Of a stretch of DNA of 64,000 nucleotides, positions 41,545 through 50,100 are shown piece by piece. This DNA comes from Entomortierella parvispora E1425 (lineage: Eukaryota; Fungi; Mortierellomycota): NCBI GenBank assembly GCA_020891255.1, contig BQFW01000011.1, positions 1,488,001-1,552,000 of the forward strand, given 5' to 3'. Under the pieces are notes generated by a model that saw nothing but the letters and a program-made list of their open reading frames with translations, was not told where the DNA came from and did no database searches. The position numbers and the translations under genes were made by a program. Each line of letters starts with the position of its first letter. Within the stretch, counting starts at the first letter, position 1.

Positions 41545-43458
41545 CTATTTTTTGCTGGAAAATTGATTGACCAGAGAGGAAGAGAGGAAGAGAGGAATAA
41601 GGTCATCATGTTAGTTACAATCCTGATACAATCCTGCAATTGCAAATGCCATGTCTTCATTTTTATGAGCAATTAGTAGGCTTGTCTTACGTGCTGATTG
41701 GGAAGAACAGAAACACCAAGGAGAAATGGTGGCGATGTTAGTTCCAACCTTGCAGTTGTCATGTCGTCGTCGTCATGAGCAATTGGTAGGCTTGTCTTAC
41801 GCGCTGATGAAGAAGAACAGAAACGCCAAGGATAAATACAGGTGGCCATGTTAGTTCCAATCTTGCAATTACTATGTCTTCGTCGTTATGTGCAATTAGT
41901 AGGCTTGTCTTACATGCTGATGAAGAAGAACAGAAGCACCAGAGAGAAATACAGGTGGCCGTGTTAGTTCCAATGTTGCAATTGTCATGTCTTCGTCGTT
42001 ATGAGCAATTAGCAGGCTTGTCTTACATGCTGATTGAGAAGAACAGAGACGGCAAGGAGAAATAGAGGTGGTAATGTTAGCTCCAATGTTGCGATTGCTA
42101 TGCCTTCATCGTTCTGAGCAATTACCAAGCTAGACTTACGCGCTGATTAAGAAGAACAGAACGCCCGGGAGAAATGGTGGCGATGTTAGTTCCAATCTTA
42201 CAATTGTCATGTCTTCGTCGTTATGGGCAATTAGTAAACTTGACATACTCGCTGATTGAGATAAACGGAAACACCAAGGAGAAATATAGGTGGTACTGTT
42301 AGCTCCAATGTTGCGATTGCTATGTCTTCGTCGTTCTGAGCAATTGGCAAGCTAGACTTACGCGCTGATGAAGAAGAACAGAAACGCCCAGGAGAAATAC
42401 AGGTGTCCATGTTAGTTCCAATCTTCCAATTGTCATGTCTTCGTCGTTACGAGCAATTAATAGCTTGTCTTACGAGCTGATCAAGAAGAACAGAAACGCC
42501 CGGGAGAAATACAGCTTGCCATGTTAGTTCCAATCTTACAATTGTCATGTCTTCATTTTTATGAGCAATTAGTAGGCTTGTCTTACACGCTGATTGGGAA
42601 GAACAGAAACACCAAGGAGAAATGGTGGCGACGTTAGTTCCAATGTTGCAGTTGTCATGTCATCATCGTTATGAGCAATTAGCAAGCTAGACTTACGCGC
42701 TGATTAAGAAGAAAGAAACGCCCGGGAGAAATGGTGGCGACGTTAGTTCCAATGTTGCAGTTGTCATGTCATCATCGTTATGAGCAATTGGTAGGCTTGT
42801 CTTACGCGCTGGTGAAGAACAGAAACACCAGGGAGAAATGGTGGCAATGTTAGTTCCAATGTTGCAATTGTCATGTCTTCGTCGTTATGAGCATTTAGTA
42901 GGCCTGTCTTACGTGCTGATTAAGAAGAACAGAAGCGCCCGGGAGAAATACAGCTTTCCATGTTAGTTCCAAGGTTGCAATTGTCATATCCTCGTCGTTA
43001 TAAGCAATTAGTAGGCTTGTCTTACAGGCTGATTAAGAAGAACAGAGACGGCAAGGAGAAATATAGGTGTAATGTTAGCTCCAATTCTGCGATTGCTATG
43101 TCTTCGTCGTTCTGAGCAATTAGCAAGCTAGACTTACGCGCTGATTAAGAAGAAAGAAACGCCCGGGAGAAATACAGGATGCCATGTTAGTTCTAATCTT
43201 ACAATTATCATGTCTTCGTCGTTATGGGCAATTAGCAAACTTGACATACTCGCTGATTGAGAAGAACAGAAGCACCAGAGAGAAATACAGGTGGCCACGT
43301 TAGTTCCAATGTTGCGATTGTCATGTTTTTAATCGACAGTCGGTGTTCATCAAGAGGCACCTGTAGTCTTGCGCTTTTCTATTCTATTGAACTTACGTTG
43401 GAGCAGCAATGGCGACACCTAGAAAGGCAACAAGGACAAGAAGGAATTCGATTTTCAT
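41545..43458 (-). CDS. Secreted 38-aa peptide gene assembled from fifteen 3-nt micro-exons
   Basis: Exon 1 is 43458..43397 (MKIEFLLVLVAFLGVAIAAP + AC). Micro-exons start (plus-strand low coordinate) at 43250, 43138, 43026, 42913, 42806, 42697, 42587, 42474, 42362, 42249, 42140, 42027, 41914, 41801 and 41691. The terminal exon is 41554..41545 (C AAA AAA TAG). All 16 introns have a GTAAG/GTATGT donor, a CTAAC branch site and a CAG acceptor. Predicted product MKIEFLLVLVAFLGVAIAAPTDALTAAVSADAIIATKK. Splicing is inferred from signals only. Confidence 0.8.
41555..43330 (-). repeat. Tandem array of ~107-113-bp units, each one intron plus one 3-nt micro-exon
   Basis: Recurring plus-strand blocks ATGTTAGTTCCAAT, TGTCATGTCTTCGTCGTTATGAGCAATT, CTTAC-NNN-CTGAT and GAAGAACAGAA; units differ by scattered substitutions and small indels. 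Confidence 0.97.
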
Positions 43459-43924
43459 TGTAAGGTGGTTGGAGCTTGAGTTTGTTTGAAGTAGTTTGAA
43501 CAAGGTCGAGATGGGGGGAAAGGTTTGGATCAAGCGACGGTCATGGAACAAAGAAAACGGTGGTATTTAAAGGAGTCAGAGAAAAGAAAATATCAGGGAT
43601 CAAAACTGGCATTGTTTTTCAGGAGATGATTAAAGGGGTTGCCCTTACTGTCTGGGAGGGGGCACTCAAGGTCAGATCACAGTCGTGCACTTTTACTCAG
43701 TTGCGAATTTCAGCTCGCGGCAGCAAGTTGTTTTTCTTTCTTGTCAGAGAATGGTTGACGACAACTGCTGGCTGTGGAGAGCAAGAACTCGATTTTAGAG
43801 CGTTGGAGTGTGCATCTGAATCACTGGAGATGGCTGGCAAGAGTGCGCGTTGTATGTCTCTGTGAGTCTTCATTACGCCTTGCCGAGTTCTGACCGTCAT
43901 CCGCTCAAAGCAAACGTGCCCCTG

Positions 43925-44050
43925 GCATCTCTCCTCAATAATAATAAAAAAAAAGTGGGGAGGGGGAAGAGGGACAATAGGAAGACTGGCATCTCTCAAT
44001 AATAAAAAAAAAGTGGGGAGAGGGAAGAGGGACAATAGGAAGACTGGCAT
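43925..44050. repeat. Local ~60-bp tandem duplication
   Basis: GGCATCTCTC...AATAATAAAAAAAAAGTGGGG...GGGAAGAGGGACAATAGGAAGACT occurs twice, followed by a third GGCATC start. Confidence 0.85.
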
Positions 44051-45849
44051 CCCTTTTCATCTTCATCATGTACAGTACACAGTGCACGTCAAGACACGTC
44101 TTCTGCATGATTCCTTCTGACCAAGAGGGAGAGCAGGATGCATGACTGGAAGGCGGCTTTTGGTTGTGTATCAACGGTACACCAAAAAAAAAAAAAAAAA
44201 AAAAATGGCGCCACCCGTCGCCGATGGTGATGAGAATGGTCCTCCTCCTCACCTCCATTTTCTTTCTTTGCTCCTGCTCATGCTCCGCTTCAATGGTTGT
44301 CATCGCTGACTCGTACTTCTGTCCTTTTATCTTTATAGGCTTCGCTTTGTGAATTCTACTCTTGATGATGCTGGTTGCAAAAAAGATAGGTGAGGTAGAT
44401 CAACGCCTCGAGTTTCCCGACCAATGCACATTTTTCCCCTGAAAAAAATGGGGAAAAGTGGCTGCGTGCTGATAATGGGACAGGACAGCACGGTGATGAC
44501 AAGGATATGGACGACCTGTCTTGGGTGCTAGACCTCAATGACTATACCCCACTCTCGACAACGAAAGTGAATTGTGAGGAGGCTCTTCATACGCAACCGC
44601 CTGCTCACGCGTGCCTGCATGTCTATCAGGGTGCAGGAGGGAGTTGATCGAGCTCACAAAGAATGCAGAGAGCTTGACCTGGGAGACTGAGGATATTGAT
44701 GTACAGGTGTCGGGCGATCTGGGTTCAGATTCCAAGAGGGTGACCATTTCGGCGCCAAACGTCTACATCCTCACTCCTTTCGTTGAGAGGGCATCGAGTG
44801 TCGAGTCGCTCACACAGAACGGGCTCTTAGGACCTTTGAGTTCAAAGTTGCAATCCTTCATGGAGGAGGTGACAGGGTTGGAGGAACTTTGTCAGCTGCG
44901 CTCTGTGCCGCTGGAGGACAGTCACCTCAAGTCGATGACAGGCAACATCCATGATAACTCAACATAGGTTAGACATGTTGGTGATTGGCGATCTGTTCCC
45001 CACCAGCACGTCTGGTGCTGCGCCAAGACGTTGACCTTCCAGGAGCGTGCATCTTTGAGGCGTTTGTTGAAACGACGTTGATGGCAGTTGGGGGCCAGCC
45101 ACTGGTGCACCCGATGACGGCTAAGAGCCTCACCGAGTAAAAATAACGCGAATGGTCAGCTTGAAATTCTGGTAAACCTCCAGTTCCTGTGGTTCGAGCC
45201 AAGAGGGGCGTCAATGAAGAACATGAGGGGTACCAGACATCATGTTTGGTATTCACCATTGCGTCAGGTCTCACCCTTCTTTCTGGAATGGGGGCGATGA
45301 GGACTCCCGATGTCCGCACACGTTATCGCGGTCCCCGAACTGCAGCGGATGCGCCTGAACTGGCCTCTGCTGGAAGATGTCCCGAATTGACCCACTTCCT
45401 CCGGATGCGGGTATATTGTCCATCTTTCGATCCGACGCTGCCGTTGAATGGGTGCTTGCCCATCCACGACGGATCGGATGAAGTCATCAAGAGTAATGAC
45501 CATCGCTCTAGTACCGCCAGCTGAGAACGTGCCGTCGATAGCCATCTTCCGGAGTAGGGCAGCTTTGTATTTGTATCGTAGTAGTTTGCAGTCAATATTC
45601 TCGATTGATGTTGAGAGAAGGGGTGGGTCTTCGAGAAGGCATCCTACGTCTACGGAACTTATCCGATATATTCTTTTTTGTGTTCAAACTGAGTTAGAAT
45701 GGCGTCAGGAACCGTGCTCAATTGCGAGGAGTTGCACAGCCAGCGCAGTCCTTCGTCCGTCCATCCATCCATGCACCCTTCTCATTCATTCATTCTCCAC
45801 TCCGCACTCCCTTCTTCCCCTCAACCTTCCTTCCTCATTCTTGTACATC

Positions 45850-47001
45850 ATGGGCATCCTTCCAACTTCTGATCGCTTCCCATTGCTCATTGTGCTCAAC
45901 CCCCATTCAGGGTTGAAGCAGGGCCACCATGTCCTCGAGACCATCGTCAAGCCCGCGCTCAGCCAAGCCAACCAACCCTTCCGCGTGATCGAGTCCACGG
46001 CTCAGGGCCACGCCCAATCCTACTTTTTCGACAATATCAAACCTATCCTCATCGACCTGGTCCAGTCCCTCTCCTCCGTCCAAGGGACCGGCGACCACGC
46101 CTCCATCCAACACCCCACCTCGGCCAAGCTCCAGATCATGGTTCTCGGAGGCGACGGCACCGTACACGAGATTGCAAACGGGATCCTGCGCGGCCTGGAA
46201 GGCTCCGAGTTTATCTCGGACCAGTTCCGACCCAGGGTTGAGTTCTCGGTCATCCCCACCGGGACCGGCAACGCCCTTTCGACCTCATTGGGAGTCCAGT
46301 CCGCTCAAGACGCCGTCGATCGCTTCCTGAAGGGTCACTCGGTCCCCCTTCAGTTGATGTCAGTGTCGACCTTGGATCCAGTCGCGAAGGGTCCGGAGGG
46401 GGAGGGGCAGTGGAAGGTGCATGTGTACACGATGGTGGTCAACAGTTTTGGATTGCATTGCGCGACCGTGTACGACTCGGAGGAGTTCAGGCACCTGGGC
46501 AATGACCGGTTCCGGCAGGCGGCCATGAAAAATATCGAGCATTTGAAACAATACCCCGCCACGGTCACGCTCAAGGGCACCGTTCAGCAGTACGATCGGT
46601 CGACGCAGTCGTTCGTGAAGGCCTCCACAACATCCATGACGACCTTGTCCGGTCCGTTCACTTATTTTCTGATCACGAAACAGGCCTCGCTCGAGCCGGG
46701 CTTCACGCCCACCCCGCGAGCAAGCACCTCGGACGAATGGATGGACGTGCTCGCTGTCACGAACGTGGGCCAGGCCGAGATCATGGAAATGTTTGGCGCC
46801 ACCGCCACGGGCGAGCATATCCAGCAGGAGAAGGTGCAGTATTTCAAGACAAAGATCTTGGAGCTGGAGATCCCTGCAGAGGAACAAGGCAGACTCTGTA
46901 TCGACGGAGAATTTTTGACCCTCCAAGGTGGACCCCAAGGCAAAGTCCGGTTTGAGGTGGTGGAGGATCCCAACATTCAGATCTTTGGCGTTTACGCGTA
47001 A
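45850..47001 (+). CDS. Diacylglycerol kinase catalytic domain / sphingosine kinase-like lipid kinase (383 aa)
   Basis: Motifs LIVLNPHSG, VLGGDGTVHEIANG, VIPTGTGNALSTSLG and LCIDGE. ATG 45850 is chosen because the upstream part of the track ORF looks non-coding. Confidence 0.88.
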   Translation: MGILPTSDRFPLLIVLNPHSGLKQGHHVLETIVKPALSQANQPFRVIESTAQGHAQSYFFDNIKPILIDLVQSLSSVQGTGDHASIQHPTSAKLQIMVLGGDGTVHEIANGILRGLEGSEFISDQFRPRVEFSVIPTGTGNALSTSLGVQSAQDAVDRFLKGHSVPLQLMSVSTLDPVAKGPEGEGQWKVHVYTMVVNSFGLHCATVYDSEEFRHLGNDRFRQAAMKNIEHLKQYPATVTLKGTVQQYDRSTQSFVKASTTSMTTLSGPFTYFLITKQASLEPGFTPTPRASTSDEWMDVLAVTNVGQAEIMEMFGATATGEHIQQEKVQYFKTKILELEIPAEEQGRLCIDGEFLTLQGGPQGKVRFEVVEDPNIQIFGVYA

Positions 47002-47102
47002 ACGATATCAGTAGAAAAAAAACAACTTCAAAGTGTCTATTTTAATAAAAATACAATTGGGGTGCAGGGAAGGAAATACAAAAAAACAAATAAAAAAAAG
47101 CT

Positions 47103-50100
47103 CTAGTAATGATACGCGCGGATGGTCCTGATGCTCGAAGTGTCCGAGGCAGCCAAGCTGTTGCGTTGACTGCTGTTGCGGCTGCTATCGGGATGTGTGT
47201 TTGCGGTGTGGAAGGAATCCGAAGTAGTATCCATTGTGTGGAAGGTATCCACGGTTTCTACTGTCATGTTGGATGACACTCTGTCCAATTGAAGCCCGTC
47301 TGGGAACATGGTACTTCTGCTCGACCCAGCTTGACCATCCTCACCCTCAGAGTCTTCTTCTTCTTCGTCATCACTCAAGAGGAGAAGGTTCGCGTCCACA
47401 AGGGGGATCTGGCCAGTCGAAAGGTCTTGCAATGTGATAGACCCACCACGACTCCTTGCACCGTCCTTTCGTTTGGCCTTGTTCTTCTCGGCCGCAACCC
47501 GACACTCTTCAGCCTGCACGGCCACCATTTTGAGACCTCCGCCGCCTCCATCACGGCAGCCCAAGGTTCCATCGGCGTCATCCATTAAAGGATCCTTGCC
47601 CAAACGGATCTTTCGTCTCCGCTTTGCCGCAGAATCCATCATGGGCGAGTTGCTCTCGCCGTCCAGCAATCCCAGACCAACTCCACCCTCGACTTTAGAT
47701 CCCTCACCGCCGTCCTGAGAAGCATCTTCGTCTTCATCCTCATCCTCGTCATCCTCGTCATCCTCATCGTCCTCGTCATCCATGACAATGGCATGTTCCA
47801 TCATTTTCTCAGTAGTCCGAGGGCTGGTCAAGACAGCCAGGCTCCGCTTCTTCAGCATCTCGCGCTTCTTTTGGATCAATTTCCGCTGATTCAACATCTT
47901 GAGTTCCTTCTCGGCCTTGGCACGATCATCCAACCACCGTTCCAGGATCACACAGAGCTCCTCCTTGCGGATGGGCTTGGACAGGTACTGGTTCATACCA
48001 CTGGAAATACACTTTTCGCGATCTCCAGGCATCACACAGGCCGTCATGGCTACAATGAAGGGCTCCTCAGCGGTCACGCCAGGTACCGACGCTCGGATCT
48101 CGGTCGTAGCCTGATGGCCCGACATGATAGGCATCCAGATATCCATAAAGACAATGTCATACTGCTTGATCTTGGGGTCTGCTTCTGCATCCTCGCCTCG
48201 TGCTGCAGCCTCTTCACGAGCCTTGGCCACAGCCTCCGCCCTCGCTCGGCAGAGCGCGACAGCTTCCTGACCATTGTTGGCCAATTCAGGCACGATGCCC
48301 ATCCGTCCAAGCATACGCGAGATGACCTTTTGGTTTACGGGGTTATCATCCACCAAGAGACATTCCAGCGATTGAAGTTGACGTTTCCGTTCATCTGCCC
48401 GACGATCATTATCAGGCGCAGCAGAAGAGGCCAGAGGCCAGGATCCAGTCATGAGACCGTGGAACATGGGCAAGAGTTTGGACTGCTTCACGGGTTTGAT
48501 CAATTGCCCCACAGATGCATCGGCATCCAAGGCACCTGGGTTCGAGAAATTGAACTGAGTAGCGGTGGTGGTGGTGGGGGAGGCGCACTTGTTGCTGCCG
48601 CCAGACGAAACGCTGGAGGAGCGGTCGTTGCGGTAAGTCCAGGGCTTGGCCACCAGCATACCACTGTTCATGGTGTTGGGGGTGCAAGTTGATTGACTGA
48701 ACGCAGTATCGTCAGAGACGATGGTCGAAGAGCCCGAAGAGGAACCAACGTCGTGGCTGTTGAGGCTACTGCTGCTGATGGACTCGCTCATATGAGAGGG
48801 CTTGGTGCCCTTGATCGCAGCCAGGTTGGTAGGCGAAATAGGGCTGATGGGGGAAACACTTCCGCAGTTGCTGCCCTGGTAAGGAGACAAGTTCGAGGAG
48901 GAAAGCGCATGGGCTCCAGTGCCGTCCACAGGGTGGTGCGAATGGTTGTTCCTGCGGTGATACGAGACCAAGACGCAAGGCACGGGCTTGCGATCCGTTG
49001 CTGGGCCAGACGCGATGACTCCTTCCGTCTCCACATCAAAGGGAATGCTCCTGATTTGCTCCAGGACTGCGATACCAGGGTTGACTTTGGCCTGAGGCTT
49101 ATCAATGTCAATCATGATCACGTCCACGCTGTTGGGGTTGTTGCGGATATAATCCAAGCCCTTCTGGACACTGAGAACAATCGTCTTTTTGAAGCCCCAG
49201 GTTGAAGACTGGTATTGCCACGAGGTTCGAGTGACACGACGGTCGTCCAGGATCAAAAGTGTCTTGTTGCTGAAGAACGCCAGGTTCAGCTGTTGAGCCA
49301 CCGTGGGACTCGAGTTGGGAGAGTTGAGCAAAGTTGAAAAGTAGAATGTCGAACCGACGCCTTCTTCAGATTCGGCCCACTAAGAAATATATAAATAAAA
49401 AAAGAGAGGGGGTTAGAAAATGTTGCGCAGACTATCTATCAACCACAAAGAGCAATCGATGTCCTGGACAATCGCGTTCTCCTTACCATTTCACCCTCCA
49501 TGAGCTCAACAAGTTTCTTGGAGATGGCCAGACCCAGTCCAGTGCCTCCAAAGTTCCTCGTTACAGAATCATCCGCCTGTGAGAACGTCTTGAACAATCG
49601 ATTCATCTTGGCCGCAGGGATACCCACGCCCGTGTCCGCCACCGACCACAACAGATCCACATGCTTGCAGTCTGGGTACTCTTCCCGCTCCTTGTCATGG
49701 CTGTGTCCGGATCTCCAGCTACCGACCATGGTCGAAGAGCCCGAGGACGAAGAGTGGTTGCCGTTGTCGCCGCCTGTTCGATTCTTGCTGCTTGTCGTTG
49801 TGGTAGTTCCCGTGCCTCTAATATGCAAAGGCTGCCCCTCCAACGACGAATTCGAAGACCCCTTGTCGGCATGGAGAATCAATTGCGAGGATTCCTGAAG
49901 ACTCGAGGGGTTCTCATCCTCATCGTCCTCATATGTTCTGGCACCGCCCGATAACTTAGGCTTGGGCTCCAACTTGACCACAATATTGCCCTTGTCCGTA
50001 AACTTGATGGCATTACTCAACAGGTTCAACAAGATCTGTCGGATGCGGACCAAATCTCCCAAGACCTGGATCGGTGTCTCGGGGTGGACCACAAAGGTCA

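Noticed and set aside
41580-43330. CRISPR array or protein-coding tandem repeat
   Set aside because: Eukaryotic context, no cas genes and no unique spacers (only 3 nt vary as a block); stops occur in all frames. The conserved elements are splice signals.
44535-45600. Protein-like fragments (e.g. 44611..44967+, 45264..45545-)
   Set aside because: No recognisable motif or consistent strand, and no splice model could be built.
47793-49205. Plus-strand ORFs of 299 and 170 aa
   Set aside because: Antisense to the histidine kinase receiver exon.
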